From: Eledone cirrhosa
Lineage: Eukaryota
Direction of reading: 5' to 3'
Assembly (NCBI GenBank): GCA_964016885.1
Contig: OZ024740.1
Coordinates: forward strand, 247,194,001-247,258,000
DNA: 64,000 bases
The notes under the pieces: model-generated
Databases searched by the model: none
Seen by the model: the letters and a program-made list of their open reading frames with translations, nothing else
Told to the model about the DNA's origin: nothing
Made by a program: the position numbers and the translations under genes
Shown: piece by piece, positions 48,041 to 60,299 of the stretch
How positions within the stretch are numbered: position 1 is the stretch's first letter
Layout of the letters: every line of letters starts with the position of its first letter

Positions 48041-48107
48041 TATTTTATTATACATATTTCAGAGGTACTGAGCTATCTTCAACAGTACGTCCTCATCAGA
48101 TAAAATA
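48041..48107 (-). ncRNA. Minimal hammerhead ribozyme (inverted pLTR upstream of a PLE fragment)
   Basis: Minus strand: TATTTTAT-CTGATGA-G..GTACTG..CAGTAC..-GAAA-TATGTA-TA-ATAAAATA, with an 8-bp helix I. Confidence 0.78.
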
Positions 48108-48149
48108 AGATGATGCATGACATACCCTGACTTAGTAGATGGTTAAGAT

Positions 48150-48860
48150 TCAGTTATATGGTCCCCCCCCCCCCATCTTCTGTAGCAATAAAAACACCAC
48201 TCGCAAATCTATTCTTTAAAGCTTTAGATAAATGCTTCCCCATTCAACACAAATACCGCTCCATATTTAACAGACACACAATTAAGCTTTCTTATTCTAC
48301 AACTATGAATATGGCCCAGAACATCGCAAAAATAAATAGTAGAATTCTAAATCATAATCAACAAACAATTAACGATAATGAATATAATAACACTAGCAAT
48401 ATTAATAACAATAACATTAATCGAAGCACAATCAATAGAACACTTTAAAGTACTAACAATGTTAATGTCAATTGTCCAATTTATAGTAATAACAATAAAT
48501 CGAAATGTAATTGTAGAAATAGATCAAATTGCCCTCTGCAGAATAATTGTCTGGTTAGCAATCTGGTCTATAAATGCACCGTAAAAGCCAATAACATCAC
48601 ATACAACTATATTGGTGCAACTTCATCGATATGTAAATTAAGATTTTCGAATCACAAATGCTCTTTTTCGAATCCTAATAGGAAATCTTCGACTTCTTTA
48701 TCACAAGTTATATGGTCGTTAAAAGACAAAAAATTAAAATACTCGATTTCTTGGTCGAAGCTGTGTAATAGTCGAATCTACTTGAATTCTTCAATATCAC
48801 CTAACTGCAATCTCTGTACTATGGAGACCCTATTAATAATTACTAATTATGAAAAAGCCA
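48150..48860 (+). pseudogene. Decayed Hydra-like PLE thumb-GIY-YIG fragment
   Basis: LFFKALDKCFP..IFNRHTIKLSYST, CNCRNRSNCPLQNNCL..LVYKC..YIGATS, CNLCTME. Homologous to 6090-6870. Confidence 0.8.
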
Positions 48861-49156
48861 CATTCGATCGCAGCGCTGTTAATTGCTATCGTGTGTGTGT
48901 GTGTGTAGATATGTTTATGTCTGTGTGTGTGTGTATATATATGTATATTATTATTGTTGTTATTGTTATTATTGTCGTTATTATTATTGTTGTTGTTGTT
49001 GTCATTATTATTATTATGATTTTTTTTCTCTCGTGCAATGGCCATACTCGATAACGAAGGGGCAGCCATCATGTAAAATGTAAACAAAAATAACAAAACA
49101 AACGGCATCGTACAGGGAAGAAATACATTATTTAACGCTTGAAATAGCAGGAAGAG

Positions 49157-49192
49157 TCTTAACGTTTCGGACACAGGTCCTTCATCAGAAGA
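49157..49192 (-). ncRNA. Classical minimal PLE hammerhead (AACGTT helix III)
   Basis: Minus strand: TCTT-CTGATGA-A-GGAC CTGT GTCC-GAAA-CG-TT-AAGA. Variants at 49549-49584 (+) and 1770-1797 (+). Confidence 0.78.
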
Positions 49193-49989
49193 TAGAGTTA
49201 TAAATAGAAAATAAATAGAAAGTTATGAACGGTAGGAGAAAGGAAATGAGGAAAATTAGAAAAACACACGTGCGTATTTAGTCGGCTATATATTTTGAAC
49301 CATTCAATACATTGGCAGAGAGGTATACAGTCCGCATAAAAAGTAATGCCCACCTGAGACATATTGATTGTACCTCAAAGCCAGTCTTAAACAAACAGCT
49401 GACGATGTGTCACCGGTACGGCACAACTTCTAATCCGGCTCGCTTGTTTACAAACGAGTCGAACATTATTATTAATGTTTGATATAACCCATCGCTATTT
49501 TTTTACTTCCTTTCTTCCCTAACCTTCTCACACTACCTTTATCCGAACTTTCTCGAAGAAGGACTTCTGTCCGAAACGTTCAAACCCCCTCCATTTCCAC
49601 AAAGTTTGACCCTAATATAACTGTGTAAAATTGCCTCCGCTGCAAGACACTTTATTTCACGTTTCTCCAGTTCACTCAGCTGTAAAAACGAGTTTCGACT
49701 TCACTGGTGCCAAGCTCTATCAGCCTATGTGTTTCCCTTGGATAACATCGGAGGAATGGAGAGGGGAGACTGGTATGCATGGGCGACTGATGATCTTCCA
49801 CAAACAAACTTGGCAGGACTTATGCCTCGGGGGGGGGGGGGGGGACTTTATAGGTGCAAATCAAACTCCCAATTGCACGCTCCCACTAAGTCTTCTCATA
49901 TATATGTGACTCTAATATAACTGTAAAATTGGCTCCTGTGGTTTTTGTTTTTGTTTTTTCATCATTTATTAACTAAGTATATATATATA

Positions 49990-50466
<477 letters not shown>

Positions 50467-50595
50467 TTAGTTAAGCAAAACAAGACCACAAATTTCACAA
50501 GGAAGACATTATTAAAAGATTGTCAACATAGTTTTAGTTTAATGTAAGGAATGTAGAGAATAATAATAATAATAATAATAATATTAATAATGTCC

Positions 50596-50714
50596 GTTTA
50601 CAATTGTTTCGCTACTCCATATAATGTTTCGGGATCAAATGATTATAGATCATTATTGATCTGGTTCAGTTGAAGATAATTAACTTAGGTACAGTTAGAG
50701 CAGCTCATCGGAAC
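50596..50714 (-). ncRNA. Hammerhead-like motif with a long helix II insertion, in the 3' UTR of a Hydra-like PLE fragment
   Basis: Minus strand: GTT-CCGATGA-GCTGCTCTA..~75 nt..TGGAGTAGC-GAAA-CAATTG-TA-AAC. Confidence 0.6.
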
Positions 50715-51085
50715 TTCAAAAGGAATCTAAATTAAAATAAAGAATGTTACATAAATGTAATGTTCCATATATTGGTATTTCACTATGGTGTCCTGGGTAT
50801 ATCTATTGTCTGCCATAGTCGAGCAGTATTCTTCTGTCGAGGCTGCATTGTGTGAGATTTGCCTATGGGTAACAATATGGCCGCCAATGGACATATTTAC
50901 CTTACTAATTAGAGGGTGGTTTCAGGGGAAGTAACTCCTCGAGAAATAAGAAATTGTGGATAGTTTATAGTTAAGAAGTGCTAATTTTTTAATTGAGAGA
51001 CAATGTAAGGGAGGTAACTTATAATTATCTAAGTTAGCTATAACTATTTAACTTATTAGCTATAAGTAAAAATGGGACTAGATAA

Positions 51086-51594
51086 CTATGTTGGGTCAAA
51101 TATTCTGTTGGCGAAGGAATTAGCCCTTCGATGTTGACAGCTAATAGTTACCTCCGTTCTATCGTTAATCGGTAGAGGTCGTGATAGAGTTATGTAATAT
51201 GCTTCGGTAAGACAGAGGTCACAAGTGTTTCTTCGTCCATTGAACGGTTGGGCCCTAGCCAAGATATCCCATGTTAGTGAGTGTTCAATGTTGGTTAATT
51301 TAAGGTTTTTAATGAGCCTAGCTAGAGATGTTGAACATCTGTTGTTAGGGTCTCGGAAGGAAAAAGAATGCGCGTTATAGCATACCTTAGCACGCACCAA
51401 CCGCATAGTTTAAACAACCCTACTCTCACTAACCGCAGAAGTAACTGCAACTGCCGTTACCCTAATGCATGCCCACTAAATGGACAATGCCTGACACCCA
51501 ATATAGTTTATAGGTGCACAGTTAAAACAGCTTCGCATACCAGCTCCTATATTGGCTCTATTTCTAACCCTTTTAAGGTACGCTATAACGCTCA
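51086..51594 (-). pseudogene. Hydra-like PLE GIY-YIG split into two oppositely oriented halves
   Basis: 51086-51389 (-): KVCYNAH..STSLA..W..CDLCLTE..NDRTE..CQH. 51390-51594 (+): CNCRYPNACPLNGQCL..IVYRC..YIGS..FKVRYNA. Confidence 0.85.
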
Positions 51595-51844
51595 GTGAGA
51601 AAATTTGCTCCGAACGAATTGCATGTGTCCGAAGGACCCTGCAGCTGTAGAATCAGCCAGATCCACACAGTGATCATGTCCCGAGCTACATGACGGCGAA
51701 ACAATTGTAACACGCAATAAACAGGGTCCAGATGCATCACTGATTTTTCGACTTTATACTATTCATACTCTGCTCTGTATGAATATTGAGTGCTAATTTT
51801 GGCGTACCGCCTATGGAAGCACCATAGCTACCATTACACACACG

Positions 51845-51903
<59 letters not shown>

Positions 51904-52178
51904 GAGAGGTATAGAGATTGTTTTAGCAAGAAGCTAACGGCATTCTATAACATATATGCGACTATATATATATATATATATTAAAATAACAGATTAAAGT
52001 TTAAGCAAAGAATCACTGCTTTCACCCTTAACGGGATCTTCTGAAACTCAAAAAGTCAATCTGTGAACTCAGAAATAAATATGTAAAAAAACGTTGCAAC
52101 CAAAGGAAGACAGGAAGACGATACTTTGATTCGTGGAAAGAACGAAAAAATAACGAAGATAATACGTCATTATTTGGT

Positions 52179-52281
52179 GCCGAGGTTAACTTTGCCTTTC
52201 ATCCTTACGGGTTCGATAAAATAAAGTACCAGTAATGTACTGGGTATATGCTGGCCTTGTGCCTAAAGTAGAAACAATTAT
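52179..52281 (+). mobile_element. 5' truncated tRNA-derived SINE
   Basis: Core and 3' end of the SINE family. Confidence 0.75.
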
Positions 52282-52531
52282 TTGGTACAGTGAAAACAAT
52301 TACACGCGAAGACAAAACCACGTTTATGGTATAAATGAAGTCGTAGGCTAATATTCTATTAGGTGGTTCATGGAGACGTTCTCTGGCAATGAATGGAAAA
52401 AACGAAGATAATACGTCATTAATATATATATATAGTTAAATAATGAAGAGTAACTTGTTATCCTATATATATATATAATTGAAAAAATGGAGAATAACAT
52501 GGTAAACAGTACAAAAAAGGAGATTTATTTA

Positions 52532-52640
52532 CAGTCTAACAATTGTTTCGCTGATAGAGTTGTCTAAAAATTGCTAAACACTGAAAGTAGTGCCACTCAA
52601 TTTAAAATACATGTTAGCTCCATCATATCCTCAGAGACCG
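52532..52640 (-). ncRNA. Hammerhead ribozyme (family D, long loop II)
   Basis: Minus strand: GTCT-CTGAGGA-TA-TGATGGAG..CTCTATCA-GC-GAAA-CAATTG-TT-AGAC. Confidence 0.65.
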
Positions 52641-52706
52641 AGAGAAAATATAAATATATGCGTGACCGGCAAATTTACAAATTCAAATTACCACATCAAT
52701 AATAAT

Positions 52707-52880
52707 TGTTTCTACTTTTAGCACGAGGCCAGCAATTACTCAATAGTACTTTATTTTAGTGACCCCATAAGGATGAAAGGCAAAGTTAACCTCGGCGGGA
52801 TTTGAACTCAGAATGGCAAGGGCCGTAACTCTAAGCGTCAAAGCATGGCGTCCGACCTTCTACCGATACTGCCAATCCAC
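52707..52880 (-). mobile_element. tRNA-derived SINE with a target-site duplication
   Basis: Flanked by CCACATCAATAATAAT at 52691-52706 and 52880-52895. Confidence 0.85.
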
Positions 52881-53414
52881 CACATCAATAATAATATTAA
52901 TAATAAAGATATAAAGAGAAAAAAAGGAAGGGGATAGATATAGTAGAGATAGAAAGGAAGGGAAGAAGAAAGACGAATATGGAAAAAGGGAAAGAGATAG
53001 AGAAAAACGAAGAAAGAAAAAGAAAAAGAGATAGAGAAGGAAGAAGAAGAGAAAATTATTACAGCTAAAAAAGACCCAAGTAGAGATATCGTAGGATAGA
53101 GAGAAAAATGAAGACGGACAAACAGACGAGTATGATAGGTAAACACAAGTACGATATCTCTACTTGGGATTTTTTAGCTGTAATAATTTTCTCCTCTTCT
53201 TCTTCCTTTCCTATCTCTTTTTCTTTTTCCTTCTTCGTCTTTCCTTATCTCTTTTTCTTTTTCCTTCTTCGTCTTTCTTCTTCCCTTCCTTTCTATCTCT
53301 ACTATATCTATCCCCTTCCTTTTTTTCTCTCTATATCTTTATTATTAATATTATTATTGATGTGGTAATTTGAATTTGTAAATTTCCGGTTACGCATATA
53401 TTTATATTTTCTCT

Positions 53415-53523
53415 CAGTCTCTGAGGATATCATAGAGCTAACATGTATTTTAAATTGAGTGGCACTACTTTCAGTGTTTAGTAATTTTTAGACAACTCTA
53501 TCAGTGAAACAATTGTTAGACTG
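53415..53523 (+). ncRNA. Hammerhead ribozyme (family D)
   Basis: CAGTCT-CTGAGGA(53421-53427)-...-GAAA-CAATTG-TT-AGACTG. A third copy at 54062-54167 has lost 3 nt at the cleavage site. Confidence 0.65.
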
Positions 53524-53526
53524 AAC

Positions 53527-53644
53527 CATTCTGAGTTCAAATCCCGCCGGGGTTAACTTTGCTTTTCATCCTTACGGGGTCGATAAAATAAAGTATCAGT
53601 AATGTACTGGGTAATTGCTGGCCTTGTGCCAAAAAGTAGAAACA
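53527..53644 (+). mobile_element. 5' truncated tRNA-derived SINE
   Basis: Box B, core and 3' end, followed by ATTATTATTGATGTGG. Confidence 0.8.
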
Positions 53645-53816
53645 ATTATTATTGATGTGGCAATTTGAATTTGTAAATTTGCCAATTACGCATATATTTA
53701 TATTTTCTCTTTCGTCTTTCTTCTTCCCTTCCTTTCTATCTTCACTATATCTATCAGCCTTCCTTTTTTTCTCTCTATATCTTTATTATTAATATTATTA
53801 TTGATGTGGTATTAAA

Positions 53817-53995
53817 GGGCGGTGGATTGGCAGTATCGGTAGTGGGTCGGACGCCATACTTTCCAGCATAGTTACGTCCCTTTACGATCTGAGTTCAAAT
53901 CCCGCCGAGGTTGACTTTGCCTTTCATCCTTACCGGGTCGATAAAATAAAGTACCAGTAATACACTGGATAATTTATGTGCCTAAAGTAGAAACA
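53817..53995 (+). mobile_element. Full-length tRNA-derived SINE with a target-site duplication
   Basis: Boxes A and B plus core. ATTATTATTGATGTGGT at 53794-53810 and 53996-54012. Confidence 0.85.
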
Positions 53996-54382
53996 ATTAT
54001 TATTGATGTGGTAATTTTAATTTGTAAATTTTCCGGTTACGCATATATTTATATTTTCTCTCAGTCTCTGAGGATATGATGGAGCTAACATGTTTTTTAA
54101 ATTGAGTGGCACTACTTTCAGTGTTTAGCGATTTTTAGACAACTCTATCAGTGAAACAATTAGACTGTAAATAAATCTCCTTTTTTGTACTGTTGACCAT
54201 GTTATTCTCCACTTTTTCAATTTTATTACTCCAAGATAAACTTACATAGGAATACAAGTGAAATCATAAACTCGTCATCCACGTAAACCTCTTGTTGAGT
54301 CATACAACGCTGCACGCTAAAACTATCCATGATAAGGAGTATTTACACCCTCTAATCGGATTACCTATAACGATATCTTGTT

Positions 54383-54498
<116 letters not shown>

Positions 54499-54539
54499 CG
54501 AAACATAAGTGAATTGCATGAACTCATAATCCTTTATTT

Positions 54540-54595
54540 ACTGCTATATATATTTCGATGATAGCCATTGAATGGCTATGACCTCATCAGGCAGT
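54540..54595 (-). ncRNA. Minimal hammerhead ribozyme (TATATA helix III)
   Basis: Minus strand: ACTGC-CTGATGA-GGTC-ATAGCCAT TCA ATGGCTAT-CATC-GAAA-TATATA-TA-GCAGT. Confidence 0.78.
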
Positions 54596-54900
54596 TAGTC
54601 AGTTCTTAGATATGCCAGCTCTGTTTATAGTGTTGATGGTATCATAGCCTTGGGACATATGAGCTTGTTAGGAATAATTTAATGTTGTCATCAGGAATAG
54701 TCTTAATTCTTATTGGTCAGTTTGTAGATGCTAGTTGGGTTGGTATTTGACCTCAAAGAGGCAGGTGGTGTTGTAAAGTTCAAACCATCAGGCAAGATGA
54801 CAATAGTTCCATATGACTGATTTTCACAAAAAGCATTCCTGGTCAGATATATATTCAATTGAGGTTAATAGTATGAAATAGATACTACAGGTCATTCTTA

Positions 54901-55200
54901 AATTGAGGAATTTATGTGGAGTGGTACTACTGAAAATGATGGTTAGAGTAGAATACTAGAAAATTTACAAATAAAAAGACTTATGTAGGTTGACTTGCAC
55001 ATACACTCACACACACCTCCACAGACACACACACATCCACACATAAAAATTGAGGAATTAATGTGGGGTGGTAATACTGAAAATAATGGTTAGAGTCAAA
55101 TACTTATAAAGTTTAGACATTTTAGAAATAAAAAGACTTATGTTGGTTGACTTGTACATACACTCACACCTACCCCCTCAGACACACACACATCTACACA
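54901..55200. repeat. Tandem duplication of a ~147-bp unit
   Basis: AATTGAGGAATT.ATGTGG...CACACACATC.ACACA starts at 54901 and again at 55048. Confidence 0.75.
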
Positions 55201-55932
55201 CACAAATCCATACAGGTGTGTATATAAATATATATATATGTACGCACAAGTGCATATATATACACAACAGAGGCCCCCAAATCCAAGTATAAGGCAGACA
55301 TAAAACTAGGTGGGTGTTATTTTGAAAGAAAAGTAAAGTGGCTGTTTGGAAAAGTTATTGTTTAGACTAGACAAAAGTAGAGTGTGATATATATCTTCAC
55401 AGAAATAGCTTGGGGGCTTTGGAACTTAGGCGAATCCCTTAGTACAGACATATATACCCACCAATACTTTTATACTTCTGGATGCGCGTATATGTCTATA
55501 TACAAATGTGCACTCATACAAGAGAGCATATACAAATATACTCTTAAGCATACACTCGAACATTTTTCAAATCCAAGCTGGGGTATTAGTATTTCGTTGG
55601 GTTCACATGAGTGTGTACATTCTCGCAGTCCTAGTATACACACACAATGCACGGTTGCGGACACTCATTCATGCGTATAGGGTTAGTACTTTGGGATAAT
55701 TGTTCTTCCTGTGTGGGCCACTCTCGTGTGGGGTGGGTGTTCCTCAGGTTCAATACATGTGGTTTTGTTGACTCCTAACCAGTAGAGGATCCGGTGGACC
55801 ATCCACCATAGGGACCACAAACTATGGGTGGTTGTTGTTGTCTATTGGTCATTGGTACGGGGACCTACAGGGGGGGGCACTGTGGGAGGCCTTAACCGGG
55901 GTTTGTCCATATAGCTTGAGGAAAGTTCCCGT

Positions 55933-55989
<57 letters not shown>

Positions 55990-56064
55990 AAAGTTCTATT
56001 TAAAATTGTTGTGATACAACAAGTAAATATTTTTATAATTGATATAAAGCACTCGACAAGTATT

Positions 56065-56333
56065 TGGAGTAGATATACGATATTAATAAATGGAAACTAT
56101 ATTTATAAAACCATATTTATTTCATTATACATATTTCAGGGATACCATACTATCCGGATGGCTTCCAAAAATAATGGTTGCATTTTAAAAGGGTACGTCA
56201 AAGCTTATTTGTAAAACTGTTATGTATTGTATTTTGTCTGATGAAGGCATACCATAATTTAATTTGGTATCCTTGAAATATGTATAATGAAATAAATATG
56301 GTTTTATAAATATAGTTTCCATTTATTAATATC

Positions 56334-56340
<7 letters not shown>
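56065..56340. mobile_element. Family B hammerhead repeat, short fold-back, in (TA)n
   Basis: 56070-56147 is the reverse complement of ~56265-56338. Intact motif TTTTGT-CTGATGA(56238-56244)..GAAA-TATGTA-TA-ATGAAA at 56232-56292. Confidence 0.75.
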
Positions 56341-56372
<32 letters not shown>

Positions 56373-56379
56373 TTAGAAA

Positions 56380-57785
56380 CACTAAAGGTTTGAAGGATTA
56401 GTAAACTGACAAATGTCCCTGCTGGCGCCGTATTGCAACCACTGAGCTATAATTCAATTTCTCAATCAGGCAAAAAATCAGAAAGGTGAGGTCTAAAACA
56501 CCAGAGAATAAACACTCAAGCTTGAAATCCCCTATGTTGTTGACAAGTTTTCAAGATGGAATTATGAGAATTACTAACGATGATGATAACCTTTGGGAGA
56601 GTTTCAAGTCTCAAGTCTTCGGTTTCAAATCCAAGAAGTTCGCTGATTGGTTTGCTGAAGTGTCCAGACTTCAGCGTGAGAAACAAGAGATATGCTAAAT
56701 CATTGGAGGAAAGTCCGAAAATACCATCAAAAACAGTAAGTTTAAGGCTATGTAATCAAAACTTCAGAACAGTCTTCGGCAAGTAAAAGAAAATTGGTGG
56801 CAACAGAAAGCCAATGAAGCACAAGCAGCTGCAGACCGCAAAAACTCTAAAGCCTTCTTTTCATATATAAAAGAGGTGTTTGGTCCTCGAGCAACAACGA
56901 TATATCCTGTGAGATCCGTTGTTGGACAACAACTCTTTATGGATGTCAACCAGAGTTGTTGTCCATTAACGGATCTCACAGGGAATATTGCTGTTGATCT
57001 AGGACCGAATACAGAAACGTTTGGTGTAGCACTACTCTGATCTGCTTAACAGACCATCAAATATGAATATGGACGCAATTGAGAGAATGGACAACCTTCC
57101 AGCGGCTGTGAAGAAGTTAAATAACAATAAATCTCCCGGTATCGATGATATCACTTCAGAAATATTGAAATATGGTGTACAAAGGTTGATCGAAATGCTT
57201 CACTCACTACTTTTGCATTGATGGAGAGCGGAGGAAATACCACAGGACTAGGTCGATGCTATTTTAATATCAGTCTTTATCGTCCTAAGATTTATGTGGT
57301 GACTTTCCTTGCATATCTTTGTTATCTGTTTCTGGAAAGGTATTCTCGTGTATTCTTTCAGAGCGTCTTCACAGAATCATCGTCTTAAGAGCTGTGTCAG
57401 AATCACAGTATGGTTTTCGCCCCCTCGCGGGACAATTGACATGATTTTCATCATATGCCAACCGCAAGGAAAATACACGGAAAAAAGCATGGGGCCATAT
57501 CATTACTTTGTAGACTTTAGCAAAGCGTTCGACACTGTTTACAGAACTGCATTGTGGCTGGACTGAAACGTTTGTGAGTATGATTAAAGTCCCCCATAAG
57601 GATATGGAAGCCCGTATAAATTTTGGTGGTACTCTTTCAGAAACGTTCACAGTGGAAATATAGTAAGGCAGGGTGATCTTGAAGCACCAGCACTCTTCGC
57701 CATGCTGTCAAATGCCTTTGTAACATCAACAGACGGAGTCTTTATCCGTTATCGCTCTTCAGGCAATGTATTCAATTTGACTAGA
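56380..57785 (+). pseudogene. Decayed RTE-clade LINE RT fragment
   Basis: WWQQKANEAQAAADRKNSKAFFSYIKEVFGP, NNKSPGIDDITSEILKYG, RGTIDMIF, FVDFSKAFDTV, VRQGD, IRYRSSGNVFNL. Many stops. Confidence 0.85.
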
Positions 57786-57815
57786 ATGACTAAATAAATA
57801 AGAACAAATAATACA

Positions 57816-57863
<48 letters not shown>

Positions 57864-58262
57864 TTTCTTTTATATATATACATATATTTTTTGTATTATT
57901 TTTGCTCATATTTTTATTTTTTTATTTAGTTATTTATGCTTCCGTACTACTTCCCAAATTTGAGTGCATATATATCTGTGTATATGTATGTGTATGTATT
58001 TATGTTCTTGTCCATCTTTCCTTGTAGACGCTAATACGCTTATATGAGAAAGTATACGTCTATGTACTTTTTAGTATATGCGCGTATTTGATTGTGTGTA
58101 TGTTTACGTTCTGGATATTTATATTTTTATTTTTATATATATATATATATTTTAATATTTTTTCCCTTATTTCCTTTTCGCCCGTTTTTTTCAGCCTCAC
58201 TTTCATATTTCCTAAATTTTGTTTTCAAATCCATATTTAATAAAAACACCATGTTTTTTTTA

Positions 58263-58323
58263 TTCATTCTGACGACTGAAGACAGACACAACATCTGTCT
58301 TCAAGAAACCACTGGTAAATGAA
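58263..58323 (+). ncRNA. Hammerhead ribozyme (GUA triplet)
   Basis: TTCATT-CTGACGA(58269-58275)-C-TGAAGACAGA CACAACA TCTGTCTTCA-A-GAAA-CCA C TGG-TA-AATGAA. Confidence 0.78.
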
Positions 58324-58352
58324 ATAATTATCTTATGTTGTTTATTACATAA

Positions 58353-58435
<83 letters not shown>

Positions 58436-58576
58436 CTATAGCGAGGGAAAAGTGGTAAGGAACCAGGTGGACCATAACGCACCAAAGTACTCAATACTTA
58501 GGGTAGTAGAGTGGGTATGAGTCCAGAAATAGCTGTCGAAACGGCTTGAGCTCTGCCGTCGGGGGTCATATATTTT

Positions 58577-58618
<42 letters not shown>

Positions 58619-58646
58619 TTGTTGCTCTGAAATAGCTATATATATA

Positions 58647-59085
58647 TGAATGTATATATAGTGTATTTTGAAATACACTGTATGCTTAATAAAAAGCATT
58701 TTGAAGACCTTATGCTATTGTTTTAGAGTAGTGACAGACTCACTTACTTTAATTTCAGCAAACAGGGGGAGATAAAGCTGACAAGGCCTTGTTTCTGCAT
58801 TTATTGATGCTAATCAAAGCCAACTACTCCTTCCATTTGCTGAACACCTGGATGTTTTGGTTCTTATAGAATTCTAGTAAATAATCAGGTTTTCAGCAAA
58901 CGGGAGGAGTAGTTGGCTTTGATAAGCATCAATAAATGCAGAAACAAGGCCTTGTCCGCTTTATCTCCCCCTGTTTGCTGAAATTAAAGTAAGTGAGTCT
59001 GTCACTACTCTAAAACAATAGCATAAGGTCTTCAAAATGCTTTTTATTAAGCATACAGTGTATTTCAAAATACACTATATATACA

Positions 59086-59089
<4 letters not shown>
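58647..59089. mobile_element. Near-perfect fold-back / MITE-like element in (TA)n
   Basis: Arms 58647-58850 and 58886-59089 are reverse complements around a 35-bp spacer. Confidence 0.85.
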
Positions 59090-59170
<81 letters not shown>

Positions 59171-59255
59171 AAAAGGTAAACAGAAATAACAACACAATCG
59201 GTACAGTATATGGAAGGTATATATTAGGTTAACGCTTGATATAGCAGGAAGAGGG

Positions 59256-59291
59256 TCTTAACGTTTCGGACGCTAGTCCTTCATCAGAAGA
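59256..59291 (-). ncRNA. Classical minimal PLE hammerhead (AACGTT helix III)
   Basis: Minus strand: TCTT-CTGATGA-A-GGAC TAGC GTCC-GAAA-CG-TT-AAGA. Confidence 0.78.
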
Positions 59292-59411
59292 AAGAATGAG
59301 AAATAAAATAGATTGAGGGGACGGGCGGGATAGAATTGGAAAAAATGTCTTTAGATAAAAATAACAGGTCCATTCATGTTGACATCTCTTGCGTGTGTGT
59401 GTGTGTGTGTA

Positions 59412-60262
59412 CTAGCTGCAGTACCCAGTAATACCCAGGAAAGGTGGGGGTTATTCGCAGTTCCCAGAGTGCGCCTGAAAATGCTAGTGCCCATACTGGA
59501 TTTTCAATAGCAACCTTTGCTAGGTGTGTTTATGTCAGATCAACTTTTTGCGTGGAACTATCAATAGCTGTTTAAGTCACAAGTCCTTCTTCCATCCAGA
59601 TTTCTTCATTCAGAGGGAATAAGCCGGGGAAGTTTGAGCTTGAAGAGTATCGAACTTATTCAATAAACTTATATATAAGAATAGCAAACTTACTGCCTTA
59701 GCGCTCAAGAACAAACAGAACAATTGAGGAAGTCATCGCAATTATTGAAGAAATTATAACCGAGAGAACATATTCAGGTACTGTTCAAGCCCCCTTTATA
59801 TCACCGTTTGTAAAGCCCTTCGAATGACTGAAGCAATTCAATAAAACCATCCCTTTTCCCCCCCTATAGTAGACATAACCCGAGAAAACACACCATAATA
59901 ATTCGGATAAACAATCAGAAATGTTGGCCCTAAAGAAGCCCTTGTAACGTTCACTGTTGCAAAGTGTCAATAATGGAGCAGAAGTTACATCTTAATTCGT
60001 GTTATTCTTCCCACAACCCGACACCTCTAAATATCGACAAAATAAACTCTACTCTCAAAGATGGCATGTTATAATTAACATCCCGGGAGTACGAATATTC
60101 GTCAGCATACGATTTGGGTTTTATTCTTCGGACTAATCTCATGGTTTGCCAACTTACTTTTTTTAACTTATCACCAATTTCTGCAGTTGACCTTGATGTC
60201 ACCTAAGCGTGTGCACGCGTTCAGAATCCATATAAGTGGATGTGATATATATACATATATAG

Positions 60263-60299
<37 letters not shown>

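Larger units (their letters stand above)
52477..54222. mobile_element. Fold-back plus partial tandem of a non-coding hammerhead element (family D) carrying SINE insertions
   Basis: The left arm ends at 53093 and the right arm starts at 53150. Outer ends 52477-52537 and 54162-54222 are reverse complements. Three hammerhead copies. Confidence 0.8.

Noticed and set aside
49786-49800. CTGATGA as another hammerhead
   Set aside because: No helix II or correctly placed GAAA follows. The same applies to CTGACGA at ~49399, which lacks GAAA, and CTGATGA at ~60606-60612 (-).
55330-55935. Possible decayed PLE endonuclease on the minus strand upstream of the 54540 hammerhead (CPQPCIVC..FECMLKSIFVYAL)
   Set aside because: The position is suggestive but the motifs are too eroded to call without a profile search.
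58520-58566. Half hammerhead GAAA-CGGC..GCCG-TC
   Set aside because: The 3' half looks right, but the CTGANGA box and helices I and II are not supported.
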